A program made the position numbers and the translations under genes. Positions 27,479 to 36,934 of a stretch of 64,000 nucleotides of DNA are shown here, one piece after another; the first letter of the stretch is position 1; each line of letters opens with the position of its first letter. The notes under the pieces were generated by a model that worked only from the letters and a program-made list of their open reading frames with translations, was not told the DNA's origin and did no database searches. Source of the stretch: Phycisphaeraceae bacterium (lineage in GTDB: Bacteria; Planctomycetota; Phycisphaerae; Phycisphaerales; Phycisphaeraceae); the NCBI GenBank assembly GCA_963674705.1, contig OY771506.1:832001-896000 (forward strand), written 5' to 3'.

Positions 27479-28804
27479 TCAGTCCAGCGGGTTGATGACT
27501 AATCCCGTCGCCAGCTTGGGATAGAAGAACGTGCTCTTCTGTGGCATCAGTTCGCCGGCCTCGCTGACAAGGCGGACGCTATCCAGCGGCGTTGCACGCA
27601 GGACAAGGCCCAACTGATAATCAGGCGTGTCCGCCAACTGCTTGAGTTGGGCGATCTCGTGCGGGAACTTCCATGTGATCTGTTCGCCTGCCGGCACGAA
27701 CGTCGGCTCGCAGACCTGCTCGACGATCAGGTGCTGAACGATCGCGACATCCAGTTGACGCCAGGCGTCGGATTTATCGCTGTGCGTCGCCTTGAGCGGG
27801 TCGTTGTCGATCGTGGTTGCGAGGTAGAGTGGCGCATCGGGTGTCGCGGGATCGTACAGGCCGATCGCGTGCGGGTGCGTGCACTTATCCAAGGCCTGTT
27901 CCAGCATCGCCGGGTCCTTGCCTGTCACAGGCTGGACAAGCAGCTTGCCTTCAGCGGCCTGCTTGAACTTGTCCATGCTGAACGTCGGCATGTTGCCCAG
28001 CACGCGGTGTGTCGGCAGGACGATCATGCCCGGATCCTGCATGGCGATCATGACGAACAGGCAGTAGGCAGCGTTGCCAACAGGTTTGCCCGCGTCCTTC
28101 AGTTCGTTGTAGTGGTTCAGCGCGGTGTTGTAGCGGTGGTGGCCGTCGGCGATGAACAGGTCCTTGGTTTCCAGCGCCTGCTGGAACGCGGCGACGCGCG
28201 GGGCATCGCATACTTCCCAGGCTTCGTGCAGCACACTGTCGTCGGCCGTCTTGCCTATGAACGTAGGCTCAGAGCCATCGATCACTTCCGCGAGCAGTCG
28301 GCCGATCGCCTGGTCCGGGTCGGAATAAAGCCCGAAGATCGGTGAGAGCTGGGCCTGCGTCGCACGCATCAGCTTGAGACGGTCTTCCTTGGCAGCGCTG
28401 AAGGTCTGCTCGTGCGGGTGGATGCCGCCCTTACCATCCGGCGACGGGCCGAACGGCTGAACCTTGACGTTGCCGATCAGGCCGCGACGCTTGAAATTGT
28501 CGCCGCCTACGTTGTAGGTCTGCTGATAGACGAAGAACGCGGGCTTGGCGCGACGTTCGAGGATGCCTTTATCTAACCAGTCGCGGTAGTTCTTGCCCGC
28601 CCCGAGATACGCCTCCTCCGGCCCGACGGTCTTGGCGGGCAGGTGCGGCAGGTCGATCACGCTGATGTTGTTCGCACTGGCGGCAACGAGCCGACCCTTG
28701 GATTCGTGGTCCAGCACGTCGTAAGGCGGCGCGATCCGGTCGGACAGATCGTTGCCGGTCTTGGTGGAGAATGTGATCGCCGGGATGGGTTGAACTTGTG
28801 GCAT
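27479..28804 (-). CDS. DUF1015 family protein
   Basis: IAPPYDV; IHPHEQT....KEDRLKLM; QLSPIFGLY; FIADGHHRY.TA; ILPTHR-like VLPTHR; MPQKSTFFYPKL.TGL; ATG 28804. Confidence 0.9.
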   Translation of the reverse strand: MPQVQPIPAITFSTKTGNDLSDRIAPPYDVLDHESKGRLVAASANNISVIDLPHLPAKTVGPEEAYLGAGKNYRDWLDKGILERRAKPAFFVYQQTYNVGGDNFKRRGLIGNVKVQPFGPSPDGKGGIHPHEQTFSAAKEDRLKLMRATQAQLSPIFGLYSDPDQAIGRLLAEVIDGSEPTFIGKTADDSVLHEAWEVCDAPRVAAFQQALETKDLFIADGHHRYNTALNHYNELKDAGKPVGNAAYCLFVMIAMQDPGMIVLPTHRVLGNMPTFSMDKFKQAAEGKLLVQPVTGKDPAMLEQALDKCTHPHAIGLYDPATPDAPLYLATTIDNDPLKATHSDKSDAWRQLDVAIVQHLIVEQVCEPTFVPAGEQITWKFPHEIAQLKQLADTPDYQLGLVLRATPLDSVRLVSEAGELMPQKSTFFYPKLATGLVINPLD

Positions 28805-29106
28805 GGCAGTGTGTGGGGGTTTGGGGTCAGGGTTCGGTATCAAGGCAGGGTTGGACGGATTCCTTATGTGGATTCCAAGTCTCTCGGGGCGGTAGCTTAC
28901 ACGCCTTGCAGGTTCACGGCTAACCGGGCCGGGAAATGGGGTTTTAAAGTGTTTAAAGCGGGATATCAGTCGGCGTATTTGTGTGAGTCGCAAATATTAT
29001 TCCGAAATTCAGGGAACAAAGCGCCATGTTTGAGCGTTAGAACAGACAACAAAGCACAAGGAAAAGACTGAAAGATTGTTTTCAAAAGGTTAAGGAATTC
29101 GTCATC

Positions 29107-29289
29107 ATGTCCGCCGTCAGCACCTGTAATCGTGAACCGGTTTCACTGAATAAACGCCAACAAGCCCGCGCCCTGTTCGCCCGCCTCCGCCACAAACAGC
29201 TATTAAGCGCAATGTCGGGTCGAATAAGCGAATCCGCGGTGTACGCCCAACGTGCGCTGCGTGTGAAGCAGGCGGTGTGTGCTCAATGA
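29107..29289 (+). CDS. Possible small basic protein (60 aa)
   Basis: AAGGA RBS, divergent from DUF1015 and followed by a bidirectional hairpin; no recognisable motif. Confidence 0.4.
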   Translation: MSAVSTCNREPVSLNKRQQARALFARLRHKQLLSAMSGRISESAVYAQRALRVKQAVCAQ

Positions 29290-29351
29290 TCTATCGTTGT
29301 ATTGCCGGACCAGATTAAATCTGACGATTCAGTTTCATTTACGTATCAATT

Positions 29352-29384
29352 AAAAACACCCGGACAAGCGTATCCGGGTGTTTG
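29352..29384. terminator. Intrinsic terminator (autotransporter; possibly bidirectional)
   Basis: AAACACCCGGA-N8-TCCGGGTGTTT with an A-tract on the left. Confidence 0.8.
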
Positions 29385-29406
29385 TGCTTGATGTGTTTGA
29401 TTCCGA

Positions 29407-32400
29407 TCAGAACTTGATCTTCAATTCAAGTGCCAGGTTCTGGGCGTCGTATTGGTCTTTCAGTTCGTAATTGAAGTCGACGCTCAGGGTCATGTTGTCG
29501 GCAATCTGGCCGTCGAGGCCTATGCCGAGGACGGCGCTGTCGTCGGCGGGGTCGAGGCCTTTGGTTTCGAAGGGGGTTGAGCCGGCGAATGTGGCTTTGC
29601 TGACGGCCTGGTTGTCGGAGAATTCGTGCAGCCACATGGCTGAGGCGCGGAGGTCAAGATCATCGCGCATCGCGTAGGTGCCTTCGATACCGAGGCTGGT
29701 GACGAATGAATCTTCGTCGAGGCTGTCGTAAGAAAGGTTGGCACCGCCAGCGCCGGATTCGCTGTAGGCGTCCTGGTCGTAATAGGTATAGGCAGCGCCG
29801 GCGAACGGGCAGATGGAAAGTTTGTTGTCGATGTCGTACTGATAGCCTGCTTCGGCGTAGAGGCTGAAGACATCGGCGTTGGTGCCGCCTTTAGCTACGG
29901 CATTCAGCGCGGTGATTGTGCGTTGGCTGTCGATGTCGTTGTAGCCATAGGTTGCGCCTGCATCGATATAGAGCGGGCCACGCAGCCAGGTTGCGTAAAT
30001 ACCGACGGAGTATGCGTCGATATCGGAGCTGCTGTACTGATCGGCATCGACATCGGTGCCGGCGTAGCCGAAGGAGATACCTGCGAGGAAGTCGGGGCGG
30101 TATTCGGATTCGATGCCGAACGCCACGCCGTAGGTATCCCATTCATAGCCCATGAATCCTTTGCGTTGGTCCTGGTTGCCCCAGGTGGCGTAGGGATTGA
30201 CCCAGATGTTGATGCCCTTGGAAGCGGCCTTTTCTTCCGGCTCGGCGGCAGGCCCGACGGGGAATGCTTCGCCGCTCCAGACTAACTGCCGGAAGGAACC
30301 GGTGCGTCCGGTCTGCTGTCCGACGAAGGCGTTGTTGGTGTTCATGGCCGCGTCGACTGCGCCGAGAACGGATTCGGGTGAGAGCTGGTTGAGCGTTTCA
30401 GCCAGGGTGGCGCTATCCATGTTGTCGAGCTGAGTAAGCATCTGCGTAACGGCTGCGGAGGAGCCTGAGTAGTTATCGAGCACCGTGCCGACGCCTTGAG
30501 CGTTGGTTGAACCGCCGAACTCTGCGTAGGTGGCGGCGCGCTGCACATCCAGGAGGACTTCGGAATCGCCGAAGTCCACATGCAATGTGTAATCGAGCAC
30601 AGCCGACTGGTCTTTCAACGAGGCCAGCGCGGTGTTGATTGTGCTTTGATTGTCAGCAGCCGCGGCGGTGCCGGCGACGGTCAGCGTGTTGCCCCAGGTG
30701 AAGACGGGCATGTCCTGAAGGTTGTTGGTGATACGAGCGCCGTCTTCGCCGGTGACGGTGACGGTGGAGCCTGCTTCGAGCGTGACGTTGCCGGTGGCGA
30801 CGACCTTGTCGCTGTTGCCGTTGTTATCGACTTCAATTTCGATGGTGCTGCCGGTGCCGAGTGTGTAATCACCCGCAACGTTGAGCGTGGCGATCGAGTT
30901 GCCGGGATTGTGTCGCGCCCCGCCGGTGACCTCGAAGTCACCCCCGACACTACCGGCGCCACTGACAACGGTGTTGGCCCCGCTGACCTCGACGTTACCG
31001 CCGAGGTTGGAATTGAGCACGAGGTTGCCGCCGGTCATAGCGAGCGTGCCGGTAAAGGAAGAAGAATCAGCCGCTGGTAATTGCACGTTGGTTGAGCCAA
31101 GCGTGAGTGTTCCGCCGCCGGCAACGGTGAGGGTGGTGCCGGCGTTATTGGTAGCGGCAAGTGACGCGGCTGAGAGCCCCGATCCGGAGGCGATGTTCAA
31201 GGTGTTAGCGGTGGCAGCGCCGACAGTATCGGCGACGGCGAGTTGGGTGGTGCTAATGGTTCCGCTGCCGGCGATGTTGGCGGCGCCGCCGGAGCTGATC
31301 TGAACGGGTTCGTCGATGCTGACATCGTCGAGTGCTGCAAGAGTAGCACCGTCACCGAGTGTGAGGTCGCCGCCGATCGCATCGTGGTCGAGCGCGAGGG
31401 TGGCGTTGGAGCCAACTTCGACGTTGCCGGGGACGATAGCCGAACCCGTGATCGCGAGTGTGCCGCTGCCGCTGAGGGTGATCTTCTCGGTGCCGGTGCC
31501 GCCGGTGTTGTCGATGGCGCCGCTGATGGTGGCGGTGGTGCCGTTATCCAGTGTTAGGGTAGTGTCGGCAGTGAGTGCGGTATTGCCGATGTTGACCGAT
31601 CCGCCGCCGTCGAGCGTAGTGGTGCCGCCGGTAAGTGTGGTGGTGACTTGGGTCAGGTCGACGGTGCCGCCTTCGGTGGTAGCGATTGAGCTATTGGTCA
31701 GGTTCTGGTCGGTTGACGCGGTAATCGTCTTGGTCGAATCATCGTAGGTGCCTGCGAGTGAGGCTTCGAGCGCCTCGCCGGCGTAGATGATGGTGATACC
31801 TGCGGCGATGTCATCTTCGTAATCCGGGTCTTCAAGGATAATGGTCGCACCGCCGCTACTGCTATTGGTGATCGCGTCATCCGCAAAGTAGGTGGTGATG
31901 TCATCTGTATTCGAAGCGCTAGTCGTGAGGCGGAAGGTGCTGCCGTCGGCAAGGTCCAGCGTGTCGGTGCCGTTGCCTTCTTCGGTGATATCGATCAGCG
32001 AGAGGATGCCTTCACCGGTCTGCGTGATGGTCACATCACCATCAACAACAAGACCTGTCAGTGTCATGTCGTAGCCGGAGGTGAGGTCGAAGGTGTACGA
32101 GCCGTCGGTTGTATCAAGTGTGACGTTTTCGCTGGATAGGTTAGCGCCCGAAGTTGAAAGTGCTGAGCCATCCTGTAATACGACGGAGGCGGTGCCGATG
32201 GCGGTGGTGTTGGTCGCAAGTTCGGAAGCAGCAGCGACGGTGATGTCGGCGGATTGATCGATACTCAATGCACCGGTCAAGGTGAATGTGCCGCCGTCGA
32301 TCGTCAGACCGCCGCTACTTAGCCCGGCAAGCGTTCCGGAGAAGGTGCCGCCTGTGATGGTAAGCGTTTCGGCGCCGGAGTTTTGGCCGAAGGCGACATT

Positions 32401-34047
32401 GCCTGCGCCATTGAGCGAGCCCATCGATGAGGTGCCTTCGATCGCAAGGTTGGCGTTTTTATAGACCCAGACGTTGACGTTCGAGCCGAGGGTATCGGCG
32501 GCAAAGGATACACCTTTGTTGATTGCCAGGTTGCCGCTGCCGGTGACGTCGCCGGTGACTTCAAGATTCGCCCCCACTGCTTCTGCGGCGTAATCTGCGC
32601 CGGAGGCGATGTATGTTGCGTTGGAAGTGAGTTTGGCAACTTCCATGTTGCCGCCCAGCGTGAGAGAGGAAAGTTCGTTATCCCCTGCCACATTGATTTT
32701 CGTCGTATCAGCGCCGGTGGAAACCGTGCCTAGAATACTGGAGTCCACGACATTCAACACGTCCGCGCCGCCGCCGGTGAGATCGATGTGGCCGGAGAGG
32801 TTGGCCATATCTAAATAGAACGTGTCGACGCCCGAGCCACCAATGATCGACTTCTTGGTTCCACTGTCATTGAGGAATATCTTGGCGGTATCGCCGACGG
32901 CATCCTCTGCACCTTCACCGACGAGCAGCACGGTGTTGGCGCCGTTTCCGAGGTTAATGTCGTCGCTGATATTGACGGTGGCTGTGCCGCTGGTTGTGTC
33001 TTCATCGTATTCGGTCGCGATATAAAGATGGTCGTCACCGACGCCGAGTGTGACGCCGGCGTCGAGATTGACGATCGCGTTACCCGATCCGTCGCCGATC
33101 ATCGCGGCGAGAGTAACGGTGTTATTGCCGCCGCCGAGATCGATCAGCCCGGTGATGTTGGTTGTAGCGTCCTGGTCGGTGAAAGTTTCCGCGCCGACTT
33201 CGATGAGGTCGTTCCCGCTGCCGGTGGTGACGGTGCCGTCGAGCTGCATCAGTGCGGCGCCTGTGCCGCCATCCACAATCGATTCGATCATCATCGCGTT
33301 GTTGCCGGCGCCAAGGTCGACGTTACCCGTGATGGCAGTGCTGACGTTTGCGGAATCACCGTCTTCCACTTCTGCGCCTGCTTCCAGGATGTCGACGCCG
33401 TCACAACCGTCAATGGACCCGGTAACGGTTGCATTGTCACCGACATGGATAAAGGAATTGAGTTGCGCGGATGTAAGTGTGTCAACAGCCGAGTCAGCGA
33501 TGTCGATCGCTCCGCCGCTGGCGCTTGCAGCGACTGTGCCGTTTTCAATGTTGACATAGAAAGCCTTCGTCGGGACCCAGTTCTCGAATACGTTTTGGGT
33601 AAAACCGTAGCTCGTATCGTCCGCCTCAAGATCATCTGCATCCAGGCTGCGCCAGCCGAGGGGGACACTGATGCTGGTGCCGCCGGAGATGGTGATCGTG
33701 GTGTTGGAGCCGGACTGGTCCTGCGCTGTTTTGCTGTCCCAGATACTGATCGCCTGAACCTGGCTGCCGTTGAGGATATCGACGTATCCGGCAGTTGCGG
33801 AAGCGTTCTGAACGATCATGCCGTTGACAGTGCTTGCACCGTCATCTATCTGGATGAGGAACGGCATCCAGTTGCCGCCAGGCGTACCGGTGGCGGTTGT
33901 GGTGGTGTAAGCCATTGTTTGGTTGCTGCCCGCGTCACCACCGTCGGAGCTGTTGCCCGTCGTGACATCCGCAGCCAGTACATAACCGGTAAACAGACAG
34001 GATGTCGTGGAAGCGATCATCCACGACCTTAGCCGGAAGTCTTGCAT
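29407..34047 (-). CDS. Type Va autotransporter with a long acidic beta-helical passenger
   Basis: Signal peptide; G/T/D/S-rich repeats (G.GTL.L, FTGTLAM.GG.L); NPGNSIATLNVAGDY autochaperone-like segment; C-terminal barrel (IWVNPY..WGNQD...GYEWD.YG..FG) ending LELKIKF. Confidence 0.9.
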   Translation of the reverse strand: MQDFRLRSWMIASTTSCLFTGYVLAADVTTGNSSDGGDAGSNQTMAYTTTTATGTPGGNWMPFLIQIDDGASTVNGMIVQNASATAGYVDILNGSQVQAISIWDSKTAQDQSGSNTTITISGGTSISVPLGWRSLDADDLEADDTSYGFTQNVFENWVPTKAFYVNIENGTVAASASGGAIDIADSAVDTLTSAQLNSFIHVGDNATVTGSIDGCDGVDILEAGAEVEDGDSANVSTAITGNVDLGAGNNAMMIESIVDGGTGAALMQLDGTVTTGSGNDLIEVGAETFTDQDATTNITGLIDLGGGNNTVTLAAMIGDGSGNAIVNLDAGVTLGVGDDHLYIATEYDEDTTSGTATVNISDDINLGNGANTVLLVGEGAEDAVGDTAKIFLNDSGTKKSIIGGSGVDTFYLDMANLSGHIDLTGGGADVLNVVDSSILGTVSTGADTTKINVAGDNELSSLTLGGNMEVAKLTSNATYIASGADYAAEAVGANLEVTGDVTGSGNLAINKGVSFAADTLGSNVNVWVYKNANLAIEGTSSMGSLNGAGNVAFGQNSGAETLTITGGTFSGTLAGLSSGGLTIDGGTFTLTGALSIDQSADITVAAASELATNTTAIGTASVVLQDGSALSTSGANLSSENVTLDTTDGSYTFDLTSGYDMTLTGLVVDGDVTITQTGEGILSLIDITEEGNGTDTLDLADGSTFRLTTSASNTDDITTYFADDAITNSSSGGATIILEDPDYEDDIAAGITIIYAGEALEASLAGTYDDSTKTITASTDQNLTNSSIATTEGGTVDLTQVTTTLTGGTTTLDGGGSVNIGNTALTADTTLTLDNGTTATISGAIDNTGGTGTEKITLSGSGTLAITGSAIVPGNVEVGSNATLALDHDAIGGDLTLGDGATLAALDDVSIDEPVQISSGGAANIAGSGTISTTQLAVADTVGAATANTLNIASGSGLSAASLAATNNAGTTLTVAGGGTLTLGSTNVQLPAADSSSFTGTLAMTGGNLVLNSNLGGNVEVSGANTVVSGAGSVGGDFEVTGGARHNPGNSIATLNVAGDYTLGTGSTIEIEVDNNGNSDKVVATGNVTLEAGSTVTVTGEDGARITNNLQDMPVFTWGNTLTVAGTAAAADNQSTINTALASLKDQSAVLDYTLHVDFGDSEVLLDVQRAATYAEFGGSTNAQGVGTVLDNYSGSSAAVTQMLTQLDNMDSATLAETLNQLSPESVLGAVDAAMNTNNAFVGQQTGRTGSFRQLVWSGEAFPVGPAAEPEEKAASKGINIWVNPYATWGNQDQRKGFMGYEWDTYGVAFGIESEYRPDFLAGISFGYAGTDVDADQYSSSDIDAYSVGIYATWLRGPLYIDAGATYGYNDIDSQRTITALNAVAKGGTNADVFSLYAEAGYQYDIDNKLSICPFAGAAYTYYDQDAYSESGAGGANLSYDSLDEDSFVTSLGIEGTYAMRDDLDLRASAMWLHEFSDNQAVSKATFAGSTPFETKGLDPADDSAVLGIGLDGQIADNMTLSVDFNYELKDQYDAQNLALELKIKF

Positions 34048-34339
34048 TGTGGGTTCCCCTGATAACTTTGCCAGATCAAGTGTGTTTGAACGATAACACG
34101 GTTAAGCCAATAATAATACATAATCGTCTTGACACGCTTGGTTTCTTGAACAAATCAACGCTATCAAACGTGAATGGTTGGCTTGTTCGGTCTTAACAAA
34201 CCACAAAAAAGAAGGATCAGCAACAGCTAACTGGTCGGCAAGCATGTCGAGGTGTCTATGGCTAGATTAGAATTAATTAAAACAAGCGATGCTTTTCGTT
34301 TGTTAACTTACCGAGCAACCAGAGAAAACGAGTGACCCC

Positions 34340-34969
34340 ATGAATGTATCGAAGGATTACGATCTGTGGTCTGACATCTATGACAGTAATGTGAACAGGA
34401 CACGTGATCTGGATGCGGCCGTAGTACGTCGGCAACTGGGAGGCAAACAGTTTCGATCGGTTGTGGAGATCGGGTGTGGAACGGGTAAGAACACTGCGTT
34501 TCTGGCGACACTCGCTGATGCCGTGCATGCGTTTGACTTTTCCGAGGGGATGCTGGCGATTGCGCGGGAGAAGGTGTTGGATGACCATATTGTGTTCGAG
34601 CAGTTGGATGTGACGCAGCGATGGCCGTGTGATGACGGGGCACATGACCTGGTGATGTGTAACCTGGTGCTTGAGCATATTCAGGTATTGGATGGCGTAT
34701 TTGCTGAAGCGTATCGGGTGATTGAGTCGGGCGGGATGTTTTTCATCAGTGAATTGCACCCGGCCAAACAATACCTGGGCAGCGTTGCGCGGTTCGAGCA
34801 TGAAGGGCAGATGGTGCGGGTGGATGCGTACACGCATCACGTTAGTGAGTTCACCAGCGCGGGATTCGGTGTGGGGTTTAAATTAGTGGACCTGATGGAA
34901 TCGTGGCACGAGGAAGATGAGGCAAATGGGCCGCCACGGTTGCTGACGCTTGTATTCCGCAAGTCATGA
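34340..34969 (+). CDS. Class I SAM-dependent methyltransferase
   Basis: VEIGCGTGKN; FDFSEGMLAIAR; NLVLEH; ISELHP. Confidence 0.9.
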   Translation: MNVSKDYDLWSDIYDSNVNRTRDLDAAVVRRQLGGKQFRSVVEIGCGTGKNTAFLATLADAVHAFDFSEGMLAIAREKVLDDHIVFEQLDVTQRWPCDDGAHDLVMCNLVLEHIQVLDGVFAEAYRVIESGGMFFISELHPAKQYLGSVARFEHEGQMVRVDAYTHHVSEFTSAGFGVGFKLVDLMESWHEEDEANGPPRLLTLVFRKS

Positions 34970-35133
34970 ACACAATACGAAATCATCCACGTATCGCATA
35001 CCTGCCTGTGCGCTGCGGCGATAAATATTTCTAAGAAAAAGTCCTCAAATTAAAGCGCTTGCCACTGAATCCTTTTCAAACATTCGTCCCCGGACAGCCC
35101 ATACGTGGTGTATGATGTACACACCAGTCAGAT

Positions 35134-36147
35134 GTGCGAGAGATGATCATCAACAGTGCCGCGACTAAGTTGTTCACCGCTAATAAACCGACGCATCAGT
35201 GCGTGGTATTAGGTACGGTGGTATCGGATGTGAAGGTTCAGGTGAACCGCGAATCGCTCTTGCCCGGGGCGACGGTGATCTGTGATGATCCGCGGTGGTC
35301 GCTGGGCGGTAACGCGGGGCGATGTTCAGCGATACTTGCTGCGCTTGGTGTGGATGTCACGTTGATCGGCGATGTGGGTTCGGACCTGCCGGGCCGACGT
35401 ATCGTTGAGCAGTTGCAGAAGTTATCCGTAAATGTGGACAGCGTGCAGAAGCATGGAGATTACGCAACCTCTTCCACAACGGCGCTTGTCGGCGAGGACG
35501 GCGAGCGGACACTGATCCATAACTACGGCGCAAATGCGTGTCTTGACATTTCGGCGCTCGATCGGATGAAAAGAGTTTTAAAGGCCGGCGACGTATTCAT
35601 GATCTGCGGGGCCCGGTTGCTGCCGGGACTGTCGTTTAACGACGTTGGCAGTTTCTTTGACTATGCTCGGGAGGTCGGCGCAATATCGGTATATGACACG
35701 ACCAAACGCCCCGAGGGTTCGCTGGCAGACGATCTTGGCCCCGTGCTGTCGAGCGTGGATGTATTTTGCACGAGCATGGGTGAAGCGCAAGAAGACTGGG
35801 CCGCCTCGGATGCGCATCAAGTTACACAGCACCTGTCGAAGTTATGCAAAGGATCGGTCGTTGTGAAAGACGGCGGTGAGGGGGCATGGTTTGCAGTCAA
35901 AAATAAAAATGTAGGCCACTGTGTTGCGCCGCGCGTCGAGGTTATCGACACAACAGGTGCGGGTGATTCGTTTATGGCGGGCCTGCTTTACGGGTTGGCA
36001 TGCAATCAAACATTAGGTGATGCCGTATGCGGGGGTGTGGCGGTTGGTTCGCTATCGGTATCACAAAGTCATGATGTTTGCGATGGTGTATCCATTGAAC
36101 GTTTACAGATGATGGCCGGGTCTATGACCTGTGAAGCCGTCGATTAG
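35134..36147 (+). CDS. PfkB-family carbohydrate kinase
   Basis: GGNAG; GDVGSD..G; GERT; VKDGGEGA; IDTTGAGDSFMAG. Start is uncertain. Confidence 0.9.
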   Translation: MREMIINSAATKLFTANKPTHQCVVLGTVVSDVKVQVNRESLLPGATVICDDPRWSLGGNAGRCSAILAALGVDVTLIGDVGSDLPGRRIVEQLQKLSVNVDSVQKHGDYATSSTTALVGEDGERTLIHNYGANACLDISALDRMKRVLKAGDVFMICGARLLPGLSFNDVGSFFDYAREVGAISVYDTTKRPEGSLADDLGPVLSSVDVFCTSMGEAQEDWAASDAHQVTQHLSKLCKGSVVVKDGGEGAWFAVKNKNVGHCVAPRVEVIDTTGAGDSFMAGLLYGLACNQTLGDAVCGGVAVGSLSVSQSHDVCDGVSIERLQMMAGSMTCEAVD

Positions 36148-36170
36148 ATAGTTAAGGAACCGAAGGGAAA

Positions 36171-36824
36171 ATGGCTATGGAATTCTGGCTTGCCGATGCG
36201 GACCCGGATCGTGTGTCCCGAGCGATGGCGTCCGGCGTGTTTTCCGGCGTGATTACAAACCCGGCGGTGGTGTCCGCGACTAAAACGAATCCCGAAAAGC
36301 TGTTCGCCAAGCTGTGTGAGCTTGCGCCGGTCTGCTGGTATCAACTGCGGCACGGCAGCGAAAGCGAGATGATCGAAGAGGCGAATCGTATGGTCGCGGT
36401 TGATCCGAAGCGGATGCGGATCAAGGTACCTTCGACGCGTGCGGGGCTGGCGGTAATTAAACAGCTCAAAGCAAAAGGCTGGACGATCATGGCGACGTGC
36501 GTGCCGACGGCACCCTGGATGATGCTGGCGTGCGCTGCCGGTGCAGACTACATCGCGCCGTACGGCAGCATGCTTCAGAAGCGTGGGATCCACGGCAAAT
36601 ATGCCGAAGTGCGCAACATGCAGGCGCTGATCGATCGGCAACAGATGGATGTCAAGATCTGCACGGGCTTGTATTCAGTAACGGAGATCGAAGACTTCGC
36701 GGCCGTCGGTGTGAAAGCGGGGTTCGTCTGGGGCAAGGATGTGGAAGACTTCCTGACGCAGCCGATCGCCGAAGAAGCTGCACAAGCATTTGAGAAAGAC
36801 TGGGACGCGATCAGCGGGTATTAG
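36171..36824 (+). CDS. Transaldolase / fructose-6-phosphate aldolase family protein (divergent)
   Basis: GVITNP; IKVPST.AGL (Schiff-base Lys); AAGADYIAPY; F.KDW C-terminus. Confidence 0.8.
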   Translation: MAMEFWLADADPDRVSRAMASGVFSGVITNPAVVSATKTNPEKLFAKLCELAPVCWYQLRHGSESEMIEEANRMVAVDPKRMRIKVPSTRAGLAVIKQLKAKGWTIMATCVPTAPWMMLACAAGADYIAPYGSMLQKRGIHGKYAEVRNMQALIDRQQMDVKICTGLYSVTEIEDFAAVGVKAGFVWGKDVEDFLTQPIAEEAAQAFEKDWDAISGY

Positions 36825-36934
36825 TGATTGCCCCCTGCTGATGTTTGTAAGAATCCCAGACGCTTAATGGACCAAATCATGCGTTGATATCGCGGTGGTT
36901 GGCCTCAGGTTGTTCGGGGTTGTATCGTATTGAT

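Noticed and set aside
27111..27559. Diversity-generating retroelement TR/VR pair
   Set aside because: Mismatches are synonymous and not confined to adenines on one strand; no reverse transcriptase in the window
33028..34032. 334-aa plus-strand ORF and other ORFs antisense to the autotransporter
   Set aside because: Antisense artefacts of a GC-rich, stop-poor coding strand
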